Below are positions 11,550-24,467 of a stretch of DNA of 64,000 nucleotides, piece after piece. The notes beneath the pieces are model-generated. The model made no database searches, had not been told where the DNA came from, and saw only the letters and a list, made by a program, of their open reading frames with translations. Positions within the stretch are counted from its first letter, which is position 1. Each line of letters begins with the position of its first letter. The stretch spans positions 34,472,001 to 34,536,000 of the forward strand of contig NC_045138.2 in assembly GCF_008831285.2 (NCBI RefSeq), given 5' to 3'. Origin of the DNA: Nymphaea colorata (Eukaryota). Both the position numbers and the translations under genes were made by a program.

Positions 11550-14500
11550 CTCCCCTCTCTACAAATTCAAGCTCATCAAAGGCATAAGTTTCTGCTCACG
11601 GCACCACCAACGCTCTGTCTCTCTCGCTCTCTTTCTCTGAGCTGGCCTAGAGTTGATAAAGCAAGTCCCTCCACTCTTGGAATAAACTCAAAGCCTTGGA
11701 GAAAAGACCAACGAACGTGAATTGAGCCGTCGTTTCTGGACAACGAAAGAATAACCCCGCTACCGGGTCTTTATCTCCGTACATCAACAGCTTAAACTAA
11801 TTAATGCTAACACCTGCACTAGGTGATGAATCATCATCATGAGTTGAGTTGATTCTCTGGTTCTGTCACCAAAGGAGCAGGAGAGGCCAGCAGGGAACAT
11901 GTAATCCAGGAATGAGGTGGGGAGGAACAGGTGAGAAGAAGAGCAGGTGGGAACCGAGGGAGCTCGGCATAAAGTAGACGGTAAACTCTCCATGGTGGCT
12001 GTCTTAAAAAGAATAAAGAAGTGGAGTGGGGAACCTAGAAATCATTGAGGGTGGTTCGTTTAATAATGCAAGAGTAGTGGTCCGGCCCCGGGGCCAACAT
12101 CTGACAGCTGTTTTTGGCGTGAAGTGTCCGGGAAAAGCACACAAACCCATGAGTTTCAGATGAGGTCGAGGAGAGTCAATAAGGTGAACCCACCTGCTTC
12201 CCGGAGAGGACCTCTGATGACCCTCCCACACCGCACCCCACCCCTCTTGGAGGGAAAATCGAACTTCATTCGCCTGGTTAGGAACTGGGTGGTTAGTTAG
12301 ATGAAGATGGGTCAGATTGAGCTTCACAATGTCTTTGAACATTTGCTATTAACGAGAGGAGGTGATGTCGAGAGCCTTAATTCTCGAAGGAGGAGGACCG
12401 AACGGAGCTTCGCTTTGCAGCTTCTCCGAAGGGATTGCTTACAGGCTGTGATTAGTTTGACATTACCGTCAGCCCAAGCTACAAGGAGGGAGGGAAAGGA
12501 ATGGCGTCGGCCTTAAGATTTAAGAATGTGGTAGATGCAAAAGGGGGCGTCTCATGGAGACCATCCCTGCTTTTCTTCTTTTGTTGTTCACGTAAAGATC
12601 TCAATCTTGGTATGGAAGGGATGTTTATTTACTTCATCGATCGCTGTGGGGCACATGGCCAACACCCCTCGTTCAGGTAGCTCCTTCCCGGCTGGAATTA
12701 AAATGTTGATCACTTAATGTGATACTGATACGTGGGGGCAAAGGTGCGACGTCTTAGGAGAGGGGTAGAAGAGAAACGTAACTTTCCAAAGCGTCCTCTC
12801 CTGTTGTTTCTTGAAGATCGTAGCATAATTTGTCGGTTTTTGTGGCCTGGCGACTGCCTGTATTCTCTGTCTAAAAAAATGATGCGGAGATGCGGACAAA
12901 TTCTACACTGTGGAGCCGCTGGGGTTTTGCCGGAGATTTTTAGTCGGATATGGGCGGACCTCACATGGTGAACCGTGACGCTTGTCAATTGTCATAGCAT
13001 ACTGCACAAGTTCCAAGTTGAATTACGAATACCCCTCTAACTTTATCATCTAATTGACAAACCCATTCTTAAAACAATTCTGATCAGAATAAAGAAGCAT
13101 CTTCAAATAAACAGACAGTTCACCCCTTCTTTTTTTTTTTTTGCGAATCTTTCTGTGATTACGCTCTTTTTCCATTTGTTTAGATAAAGGGGAGAAAGAT
13201 TGATAAGTAAAATTGTGGAGAAATTGAATTTAGGAAATGTAGTTTGTAAAATTGATTCCTTGAAAGGAGTTGTCATTTATGTTAAGAGTGAAACAGTCCT
13301 TCTATGTACATTTTAACATTTTCCATTTACGAAGAATGTGTTTGCGGATTATTTTATAAAGTCACGTATTCTGTATACTTTGTCAATCTCTTATCCGTAA
13401 ACACATCAAATGTTGGGCAGTTATTTATAAATTTCTCCAAAGGAAGCTACATGAGGACGGCCGGCTTTATAAAGTACGATAGGGTTGGTGGGGAGTGGAG
13501 ACAACCTTCTCTCCTTTTGACGTCGCTTAAAGGTGGAAAAGGAGAAAAGGGAAAAGGGGGCAGTGAAAAAATAAAAGAAAAGAAAACATCCTTTCGGCTT
13601 TTGTCAACGAAAAGGAGTTTTTTTTTATTACTCGGTATGTTCTTTTTAGAGATTATAAAGGCATAAAACTTGAGCAATTTATGCTTTGATTTCTAATAGG
13701 GATTGAACATTTTATGTTTGGAAAATGCAATGACTATACTGTAGATTTGTAAAGCTTGCATCTTGAATGTGGGTGTCTCATGTTTAACTCTCCTCTAGAA
13801 GGGACCCATTGTCTCAAGTAAGTAGGTGAGACGCCTCTTGACGGCTCACACTGTGAAACTGCAGCAAAGAGAGTGAGGATCAAGTTCCCCATCACTCTCC
13901 GATTAAAAATGAAAGCAAATGAAGTTATGGTGCAACAACAACAAAAGAACGAGTCCCGAGAGAAGGACGCTGATGGGGATAAGGCTGGATGAACAAAAAC
14001 TGTTCTAGTTCCGGGACAATTAGACACATCACAATTTACATAAGGTCGAAAGTCGTGCAGCCCAACTCAGGTCCTAAAACCGTATCCAGACCGTTCATGT
14101 TTCTAGGCGATGTAGGAAGTTTTTGCATTAGCAGCTCCAATTTTTTCCTTTTCTCTACCAGTGCTGGGAGTCGGGGCTCTGTGCCAACACATTGTCAGGT
14201 TGGTTGAGCCCACCAAGTGGTACATGCGTGATGAGCAGCCTAACCGTCGAGTGCCAACCAACGCCCGAGCAGCGCACAACGACCAGGGCATGGCAACCAA
14301 TTGCTTTATGTTTTTCTGTGCGTTCAGGAAACATAAGACATTAAGCTAACATAGTTCTCGACGTGCAAAGAAAACGAAGCTCGATCATCATTCTCACACT
14401 CTTGTTGAAAAACGATTAAATCGGAATAGAGCATGGTGGTGCCAATGTCTACCTATTTAGTATTATGTTGGTTGAAATTGCTTTATCAACTTCGTACATT

Positions 14501-15772
14501 TAAGATAGCTTTGGCGCACAGTCGAGGATGAAGTTGCATCATGACCGTCTAAGATAAGCTAAAGCTAGTGCTTCAACACACCAGAAGGTGCTGCAGAAAT
14601 CACAATGCACTCTCCATCGACTGCCGCATGGTACCCAAAACAGTAGCTCACGTAGTAAAAAGATCAATGTCTAGACACCGACCACATTTAGCGCCAGCAA
14701 GAATCAGGCTTACTTAATAATCAAGGCTGAAATAGAGATTGCAGATCAAGATCCACAAGGCTTCCATGCTACTCTCTTCTGTTGCTTCCAAAGCAGTACG
14801 ACTACTCACGACTGTCTTGTCACCTCGCGCGTAAAGGTAGAAAGTTCTGGCACGTCGCCCTCCACCATTTTGTCCTTTTCCATTTCTATATGCAAGTTTC
14901 TATTATCGCCCATTGAACAAATAGAGTAGACAGGCAATTCGGCAACACAAATTACATGTATACTTGCCACAAGGGGTGATGGAAAAAGGTTTGAGGAATA
15001 TTGAAGCCAAGACCCATTATCAGTTCTGAGACCTCCCACGGTGTTGTCCCTGTAATGTCTGGTCGATCCGCAGGCTAACTTTTTTAACTTCTTATAAGTC
15101 TTCAAAGTTCTCGCCGTTCAGGAGAAGCCAAAATGCCACACAAGTGATTATTGCCGCCTCCAAGACAATCTAAGAGTTCAGATTTTTGGTAAAAATTGTG
15201 TCGAGCTATTATGTCTCAGAAATGATCATCACAAGGGCCTTCTGGATCTCAGCACTTTCCCAGTCCTCAGCCATTAAAGCTGACCGATCTCCTTGGTCGT
15301 AAATCAGACATATTCAGTTGAAACTAACGCAAGTTGCTCCAATGAGTTACAAAATTGAGCAGGATGTTGAGATCTCCCTCTCTCACTCTCTCACAACACA
15401 CGTGTAAGCACTTCTAGCACAAAACTTTCATGATGCTCATAGCAAGAATTCACTTTTAAACAAGTCTAGCATGAAGAATAAGAACTGACAACCAAATATA
15501 CTGAAGTTGGAAAATGATTTACAGAAAAAAAGGAAGAAGGAGCCAGAGAACGCCACTTGACGGACCTGCCAAGAGTCAACACTGGATGGTTTCTTATTTT
15601 CGTAAGCCAAATCCAAAGGACAAAAAGAGATCCTTATTACCGGGTTCAATAAAAATGCAATCAGCAAAGCTGCTAAAAACTGGAAAATTCAGCAAAATGG
15701 GCAGACTGCAGACATTACATAAATCCTTCACCCTTCCTTCAAGCATCTGTTAGATCCAACATTTTTCTAACA

Positions 15773-18700
15773 TTAGTCCAGCTTATGATCTTCTCTCTTT
15801 GGAGGGTCAAGCTGCAGATAGTAGAATGGTTCCATTGGCTCTTCCCTGCACAAAAAATTTCAGGATCCATTCATTAGATTGCAATTCCATTGGCGTCTCA
15901 ATATGATAGCCTAAGATTGGAGAAGAAAGAGAATTAGAAATCATCATCAAATTAAAGGCCCAGCAAGGTAACTGTGACCTACTAGCCTTAGTAGTTAAAC
16001 TTCTGACTAGTACAAGTAGTCGATTGAGTCACTTGTGCACCGATTTGTGTTGGCAAACCAATGACTAGTCAGTCAGACTAATCAAATAGTCATTGGTCAG
16101 TAATGCTCCCGCTTCCCCTCCAGATGAGGATATACCTACACTCCTTGTTTTCGAGCTTCCAGCTTTGCTCAAGCCTATAATAACTAGCATTCAAGTCAAA
16201 TCTATTATGACCAGTGCGATTGTTCATTATCTCATTTTCATTTTTCTTTCCCTTAGTCCTAAAAAGGCACTCATCAGTCTGCTCAGCCCCTTCCTATTCC
16301 ACTTTGCTGCCACACTATGGTGGTCCTGTTCCAGTGGCCTGAGCTGTGAAGCATAAGTGAAGCTCTTTGTATTCCATGGGCATACTTTGAGGTCAACTTC
16401 CTCGACAGACAGAGTAGATAGGAGTCAGTTCCTGAGCTCTGCATAAATATGCATATATTTGTATTTAGTTTTGTACGATATATATTTCTCCAATTTTAGT
16501 CAATCAACTTGGCCTACTAGTTGAGAGTCTTGAGACTAGTCTCTTTATGGTCTTGATTCTCTTGAAAAGACCTTGAGCTCCTATTTTGACAACATAGCTA
16601 ATTGCTTCATCCATTTTTGAGATGAATGCAAGTGGACAGGCCAGCCATGTCACAAAAAGTAATGGCAAGAAGCATGATTAAGTGATACCCTCTGCTACTT
16701 GTTAGAAGGATAGGAGAATGAAAGACGACAAGGATAGTTTCCTTTAATCAACAGAAATATATATTCACAACCTTGAAGGTTATTCAAGAAGTGTCGTATC
16801 AGCTCCAAGGATACTTTTCTTAATACTCCACAATTAAATGGATAGTAAAAAAGGGGAATATGCATCCAGTGAAGGTGACTCGGGCTCTTCTCATGGTAGA
16901 AATAAAGATGATTCATTGTTTATGTCATTAATATGATGTATTCCAGTAACCCTTATGAAAGATTTCTGTAGGTTTTGAAGCTTTTTAAGAAAATGTTCTT
17001 GTATGTGCCACCTTTAATGTTGCACATCAATTACTCAAAGTGATAAATTTGACTGTAGATGTATAGTTATTGGATAATTCTTCATAGATGCTGCATCAAA
17101 GAAGGAAGTGTCCCTACAACCATGACCTTCCAGAATATTCAGAGATAAACTTGCCGCTGACTAGATGCCCATTGAAGTTCAAAATATACACTTATCAAAG
17201 AAGAAAATATCCAAACTAATATGGGCCTTTCTAGGAAGGAGTCTCAAGAATGAGACAATCATACAATGCCATGCCTATGAGTAGCTATTAAGTGCATCAA
17301 CAGCCATTAAGCTCAGAGAGAGAGAGAGAGAAAGATGTGGAAAAGTAAACTTGATTCCTGTCTCAAGCATCCATATACCAAGCACAACTTTATTTAACCT
17401 AAAAATAACATGAACAATGACATACGTTACTTGTTAAAACCACTGAAAAGTGCATCGTAATTTCTAATGAATATTCTCTACAAAACTTCAAATCATCCAT
17501 AGTCAGTGTGGGTGTCATTAGTTCTAGTTTGTCAGACATCCAATCTACTTCCAACTTTAGCTAGACAGGTTTTCCTTAAAAGGAAAAATGGAATCCAATT
17601 CATATTTGGATGTAGATTTGGTTAGGTATTTCAAACAGCAGGTACATCTGAACCTGATTACATGTTATTTCAAAACTGAATCATCTTTCTGCATGTTGAA
17701 TCTGAATCCACTCCCCTATCTAGTCAAGCAAATAAGCAATTACTCAGATCTGGTGGTGAGTGGTGAGTACATTCAGCCAAACCTGAACGGTTTACATTCT
17801 TAATAATTAAGAAGATTAGTGCATTGACTATTACGATTTTAAGTATTTTAGGCATATAAGCCTGGGGAAAATACTAAGTCACATACTTTTGAAATTCAAA
17901 AGAATAACCGACGAAAGTATCGATTAAGAAATTTGCTATAAGGTTTCAGATATATACAATTGTCTCTAGCTGCTTGTCCATAATGCTGCAACTGTTAATA
18001 GATGTAGGATACACATTTATTTTGATCACACTTCACGTCACACACAGCTCTTGACAAAATGCACCTATTCTTTTTTACACAACCAAAGCTCTTCCACCAC
18101 AAGCTTAATAATCCACATCATTTAATAATGTAAAGGAGAGAAAAGGCCAGTACTAAAAAGCATATATGCAAAATACATATCCATTATCACGGTGGATGGA
18201 AATCCGTGGAGAATAAAAACTTGGTACATAATAAGACAGGATCATGATATAACACTTAAGTGGATTTGGCAGTATATTCTCCAATATAAAATGTAAGAGT
18301 CCCATATGATGTCAACATACCCAGGCTTGGAACGCATGCATCTCCAGAAAAGCTTGAAAGGTCCTGGAACCGTTTTAAATGGATTTCCTTCGAAACAAGC
18401 CTGCACAAGGTTTAGGCACAAAATGAGTTGGGATATCAACTTATGAAAAAGTATGTTTAGATGGAATAGGGAAACGTTCTACCATAAAAAAATGTTCATT
18501 ATTCATGAAATGGGCCTTTATACCCAACGCGCTCGAATAAAGTGAAAAAAAATCTGTTGGGCTCGAATGGACATGTAAATGAACAATACACGCTGCCAGT
18601 GAGTGCCGCAAGTACCATTCCCCCGTTCACTTATTTATTGTTTTCGTAGAAAGATGACCAAGACAATGTATAATGTCCCATAGATTCGGTTCCATGCTTT

Positions 18701-19255
18701 CATCATGATTGTTGCAAAAAATTAGAGATCAAGGATGAAAAGTTCAAAATCCAACTCAACTGCTGCAATCCAACGCAAGAACGAATTGTTGCACGATTAT
18801 CAATTATGGTTCAGCAAATGCTCCAACCTCAGAAACCTAGCAATTGAAAAGGCAAACTAATTGAAAAAAAAAAAAACAGACAAACGCCGATTGCACCACG
18901 ATACCAAATCAGACACACCAAAACAATAATGAACCCTCGGATTCATCTCAAACAACCATAATAAAGATAAACAAAAAGCTAGTCCAATGAGAAACAAACC
19001 ACCAAAACAAATCGTAAAATCAAGAAGAACAGGAACCAAGCTCCATCAACCTAATAATAGCAACTAAAAGGGCAGTAACTTAGTTGGGTTTAGGGGTTTT
19101 ATGACAGCACAGAGGGAGGGGGGGTAGAGAGAGAGAGAGACCTGGATGACGTCCTCAGCCCGATCGTTGCAGCGATGAGCCTTGGGCTCGCGAGTCTCGC
19201 CTTCCGGCAGACCCCACGGGCTCTCCCTCCTGGGTACGGGCCGCGAACCACTCAT
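15773..19255 (-). CDS. Small 88-aa protein of unknown function (MSGSRPVPRRESPWG...RCNDRAEDVIQACFEGNPFKTVPGPFKLFWRCMRSKPGEEPMEPFYYLQLDPPKREDHKLD)
   Basis: Exons 19255-19142, 18400-18321 and 15845-15773 (267 nt), canonical GT-AG with matching phases, ending in TAA. Confidence 0.88.
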
Positions 19256-19492
19256 TCCTCTCTCGTCGTTGCCTGTTTACCTCTCGGTTTCCAGGGACCG
19301 ACGCGTTGGGGCGCCGAGGCCACTAGGTCGAGCCCTCTGAGCCTTTTGTTTTAAAAGAGGGTCCAGGGAGCTTTGTATTTTGCTGCTCTCGCTGAAGGGA
19401 GGGAGTTTCACTTCACTGCCACGGAGCCTCCGACATGGCCGTGTTTGATGTCCTTTGACCCCACACATTCCGGTTTTGAATTCGTTCCAAGG

Positions 19493-19850
19493 TAGGGACG
19501 TAAATAAAATGGATGTACATCCATATTTATCTGATTTACGGATTCTTGTAAAGAAATAGTGACGGATTTCTTTAGTAAACAAATACCGAATTCGATTTCA
19601 ATGTCCATTTAATTGAACATGAAAAAAAAAGAAAAGAAAAAAGATCCGACTGGCAAGTAGGTTTGGATTCGATGCGACATTTCATACCTGAAATTGGATT
19701 CGAATTTCTGATCCGATGACATAAACGTGGACTATTGTCCCGGTTGGTCATGACTTCATTTCTAAACACTACCGTTATAATTTGAGTTCAAATCTGAATT
19801 TCATTGAACAATGTCAGATTAAATCGAGCTGGATGCATTTAACCTGGATC
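19493..19850. mobile_element. Degenerate hAT-like non-autonomous element with GGATTC/GATCCG subterminal motifs
   Basis: Begins TAGGGACGTAAA and contains repeated GGATTCGA/ATCCGA/AATCTGAA motifs. Similar motif-rich patches occur at about 17585-17790 and 52370-52460. Ends not resolved. Confidence 0.4.
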
Positions 19851-20330
19851 TAGTTATTTTCTTTTTGCAAAAAAGAAACAAAAAAAAAAAAAATCTCCTT
19901 TTGACGTGACTAATGGCAGCAGAGGGAGAGTGTTTGATACCTCTTTCGGCTTCAAAGAGGAATTAAGGCCATCGATCGCTTCCAAGGATTTTGTTATTTC
20001 GTTTGGGACTTGGTGAGCTTAATAGTTGATGTTCAATCGGAGTTTCCTGAGTTGCAATGCTAAACATTTTTGTGTACATGTTGGATCTCTTGGACCATCC
20101 AAGTAAAGTCATGGCCGCGTCCTAAGAGCCTCTGCCTTCAACCTAACAGGCTAACACGTGATGAGCAGTGAAGGACTTCTCGTTCACAAGATCAGCCCAC
20201 GGGGTGCGTTTGGTCAAGGGGTGCTTCTGTCAATTCGGTCAAGACGGGTTTGGGCTTAAGCGGAGGAGGCTCTCCCTTCGCACCATCCCTCATTTCCCAT
20301 TCCCCGCCGAGAGAGAGAGAGAGTGTTGCC

Positions 20331-22091
20331 ATGGCTTCCGCTGCATCATCTTGCCCCATGGTCCTGGTTTTGGACGTAATCCTCTTCGCCTTTTTCCTCG
20401 TCCTCATCGTCTGCGCTCCTCTCCTAGACGCGCAGGCCGCGCTCCCTTCCACCCTCTTCCCCGATCCCCTGCTTCGTATTGCTTCCTGGTACAAAGATCG
20501 GTTCGGCGACTACCTCGCCTCGGAGCGTCCCTTCTTCTTCGTGGGGCTGGTCTGGCATGAGCTGTTCTTCATCTGGCCTCTCGCCATCGCCAACGCCTAC
20601 GCCATGCTCGCCAGGAGGTCCTGGTTCAATACCACCTGCCTCATCTTGGGATCCTCGCTCCTTACCTCCATGGTCAGACATTTCTCCCTCTCTCGCGTCC
20701 GAGATCCGATGATTCCGGCGCGGTTCCCTCTTCTCTTTGGTGTTCTTGTATTATGTTGGTTCCAGCACCACCAGTAGTTGGCTCGGCTGTAACCTGTAAG
20801 GGATGGGATCCACGTTCCCTCGCGCAGGCGGTGCGGGTCATTAGATCAGCTCCCTACATTTAAACGAGTGCCGAACGACGTTCATCCATCAGGATGAACG
20901 GCAACCGACAAGTCTCCCCATCTTCACCCGGTGAAAGGCCAAATCCGTTATGTTGGCTATGCCGATTCATGGCTTCTAAGCCATTGATTGATCCGTATCA
21001 TGTGTCTGGACACAAGACCGAAACTCATCCTCCGGAAGTGATGCGAGTCGGAGTTAGAACAGAAACAGGTCTGGAAAGAAGCGGAGAGTCGTCCATTGAT
21101 TGTGGATTCAGGGCCTTTCGCGTGGAGAAACAGCATGGGACGTTCAATCGCTGACAATCGCTCTGCCCCTTCTTTCTTTCTTCGTGACGTTGCATCTCCT
21201 CACGAGTACCGTGTCTATCTGACGCTTCATAGTGCGTCCCACAGCTCGCGTGATGTGAATGTGGAGCCCTAGTTTGGTAAAGCACTTTGGAAACCATACA
21301 AATGAAAATCCTTTACCATTTACCACGCAAAGTTTTTGCCGGCCCGACAAGTTCCCCCTCCCGCCCCCTCTGGACACTTGGAAGGAGAGATCTGATGTTG
21401 ATTGCTTAGATCTCTCGGACACATTCACGCCATTACCAAGATCTTATATCTCAATTTCCTCTTACAGAAGGTTATTTTAAAGAAGTCGCTTTTCCGAGAG
21501 TGTCATTGACTCGATATTGGTTGGAGCTGCAATGAGCCTTATGGTTATTGTCTGAGCCTGCCCTCAACATTTTCCGTTTATGTTCCTTATTTTCGTGATA
21601 TTTTCAAGCGAAGGAATATTTGTGTGAAAAAATGAGTGGGTTATATCCTTTTGGGGATAAACCACATTGTGGGTTGTGAAAAATTTGGAAGGTTGGGCTT
21701 TATTACTCGGTTTCCTAATTCTGAACCGCTGGATGGTGAGCACAGTTTTGGGCAGAGGCGTTATAGTCCATTCCTCCTAACTTTGTCATTGTTTTCATCC
21801 TTGCGGGTTAATGTCTGGCCCATCAAGGTCGTCTTCTACATTACTAAACGAAAAGCATAATGCATGTTCATCTTCTTTTTCCCGATTTTTTCATCTGAAT
21901 TAGTCGTAACATTGCAGGCTGCAATCTTGGGAGAGCTGGTTCTATCAGGCAAGGCATCGGAGTCACTTCTGAAGTTGTATGTCCCCTTTGCCGGTTTTGC
22001 GCTGTTGGCCTTCGCTCGTGGTCTCATGCCTTGCGGGTGCACCAGCAACCCTCCCGCCACCTCCACCAATGCCAGGAAAAAGAGGGCCTAA
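20331..22091 (+). CDS. EXPERA-domain / TMEM97 (sigma-2 receptor)-like ER membrane protein, about 171 aa
   Basis: Exons 20331-20672 and 21918-22091. About four hydrophobic helices, motifs APLLDAQ, WYKDRFGDYL and ELFFIWPL, and a C-terminal KKRA dilysine ER-retrieval signal. Confidence 0.88.
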
Positions 22092-24467
22092 GAAAATCGG
22101 GCTTTTCATTTCCATTCCCGTGTTTCGAACCCTTGATATTTCCTATTGTCAACATCTTTCTCTGGTTGACGGAAATCTGTGGTTTTGGTGGGGAAACTCG
22201 TTTGTTTTTACTTGTGAGTTCGAACTGTGTCCATTGCTTCAGAAGCTAACATCGATTCTTAATTTGGCAATCTGTCTCTCTTTATTCTCGATATTGACGC
22301 TGGGTGTGGCCAAGGATCCCCATCCCTTTTTTGAAACAAGTGGGAAAACTTGTTCGATAGAGCAAGTTCCATCGTTAGACAGGATAGCAACAAAGCGTTT
22401 CAGCAGTTCATTCATACCTAGAAAATGTAATAGAGAGATGAAACTACCAAGAGAAAGGAATAGAGTAGGTTGAGTTGAGGGGGCTGATTACAACTTACAG
22501 GGAAGCCCAGCCTCCATCATGTTCTCCAAAGGAAAAGAGGAGGAAGCCTTCCGGTGCCGTATCTACATTTTGTTGCGAGTTCGAGGCTTCTTTGTGGGTC
22601 ACAAAGCTTGCGCGGCATACATACGTCCTGCCAAATTTCCTTTCTTTATAATTGTGGGCCCGTTTTAAGTCTTCTAAAATGAAATCTGGCCAAAACAAGG
22701 AATTCGATGTCCTCCAAAAATTTCATTGTTTTCATTATTTTTTTCCTTTTTGGGGTGGGGTTCAGAAAGTAACAAAAATCAATTGCCATTGATATTCCTT
22801 TCTCGTTGAACCGGTTAATGATGATGAACCAATGCCCTATGTTGGCATTTATCCATTAATTTTCAAGGTGGTTCGAAGGTTCCAGCCAGCTGAAGCATCG
22901 ATCACTTCTATACCGCAATCGAAATCCGACCCGTTTCCGGCATCTGACCTCAAGACTGCTCGGATTTGAACCTGATATTATTTTTTTTTCCCGTAAGAGT
23001 AGGATCTGTAGCAGCTGCACGAGATTGCGTATCCCACGTTGAGAAAGTATGCACATATGTTCGCACTGCAGTCTGAGATCGGCTCTTCGAGTCATGAAAT
23101 GTTGAAACGGCTTCATAAGTTCAAAGAAGGCGAGTAAGTGCTTAACATTGTTCATTGTCGTCCCAATGATACAGAGGGTGAGACTTTGAACTTCTACTTG
23201 AAACTCCATCCACCGAGATACAGATGTTAACGAATGAGGGCAAAGGCCCAGCATTTTGTGGTCCGCAATGTCATGGTGATCCAACTTTCACTTCACTAAG
23301 CAGCTGCCTATCAATTGACGGCTGGTCGCACACACGTGGTTATGACTTCCCGTCCTTGTTTAATATGAATTCTTGCATTGGCAAATGAAAAGAAGCCGCA
23401 ACAGCTCAAGGACGAACCCAAGAGCAAACACATGATCTTTTAGAAAACGCGACAAAGAACCTCTGCATAGTTTTTTTTTTTTTTTAAGAGGGAAAGGAAG
23501 AAGAGCCAACGACAGCAAGGGGGATATACAGTCTATGGCGGGCTAACCATAGTTTGAGATTCTTTATCTTTTAGACAATCCTTTTTGTTATTTTCATTTG
23601 GGTCGGGCTTTAGTTGGTATCCATTATCTAAGGGTCTAGGAAGTAGAATCCATATCCATACGTTTGCATCCTAAAACACCGGTCCACATTGGTGAGGCAA
23701 ATGTTGACTTACTATTCCATATTGTTTTCTTATTTCTGCATTTTCCTTCATTAATTTACTTTCAATTATTAGTTTTCTTTTTTTTTTTTGGAATGTTTCT
23801 TACATTCGATTGCAGAATCTATCTAGGAAGGAAAAAAAAAAGTGCCATTCGCCGAGTCACAGTCACATGACCAGAGGGTGGTGTTTGCATTTTGTAATGG
23901 AATTACATTACGTTTGCTGCGATGTGATGGTGGATATTAATGAATTGAGTGTGAAGGGGAGGGTTTTTTTTGTGGTCGTGTAACGTCCGCGCATGTTAGT
24001 TAATATGTATGCTTCCCAACCTTTACTCCCATGCCTGCCTGAGACATTTTGTGTACATATATCATCCCACGTGGGACGTGCGTGGCTTTGTTGCTTCCCC
24101 CATCAGCAGGCATGCGGTGAGATTTTTAATCATCCGACTACTTGTCACCCGTCCTTGTCCCCGTTTAATTTCCCATCGAATGCTATCCCGCCTTATTAGA
24201 ACTGGAGAGGCACCGGCGGCGGCGACAGCTCCTCTCCCCGGCTCTTTATCGCAATAAAATCGTGTCGTGTAATAATATACTAAATCGCGTTACTAGCCTC
24301 AATATTGCCTTCCATCCGGCCGGTCCCGGGCCACCGGTGACGCCAGTCCTTCTCTAACTAAATAAATAAATAAATACATACGGGAACGGCCCTCTCTCAC
24401 TCTCTCTCTGCGCCCTCCGAAAAGAAAAACGCCTCCTTACCGCCAACCCTGCCTTCCTTCCCACAGA

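Noticed and set aside
13010..13295. Possible Mutator-like MITE with long degenerate inverted ends
   Set aside because: The inverted similarity is weak and AT-rich, and no TSD was identified.
15960..16597. GACTAGTC-rich patches suggesting an hAT relic in the microprotein intron
   Set aside because: Only the right end (TGACAACATAG) looks terminal. The left TIR and TSD could not be defined.
22962..22977. Box B-like GGTTCAAATCC on the minus strand
   Set aside because: No box A at suitable spacing and no tRNA fold.
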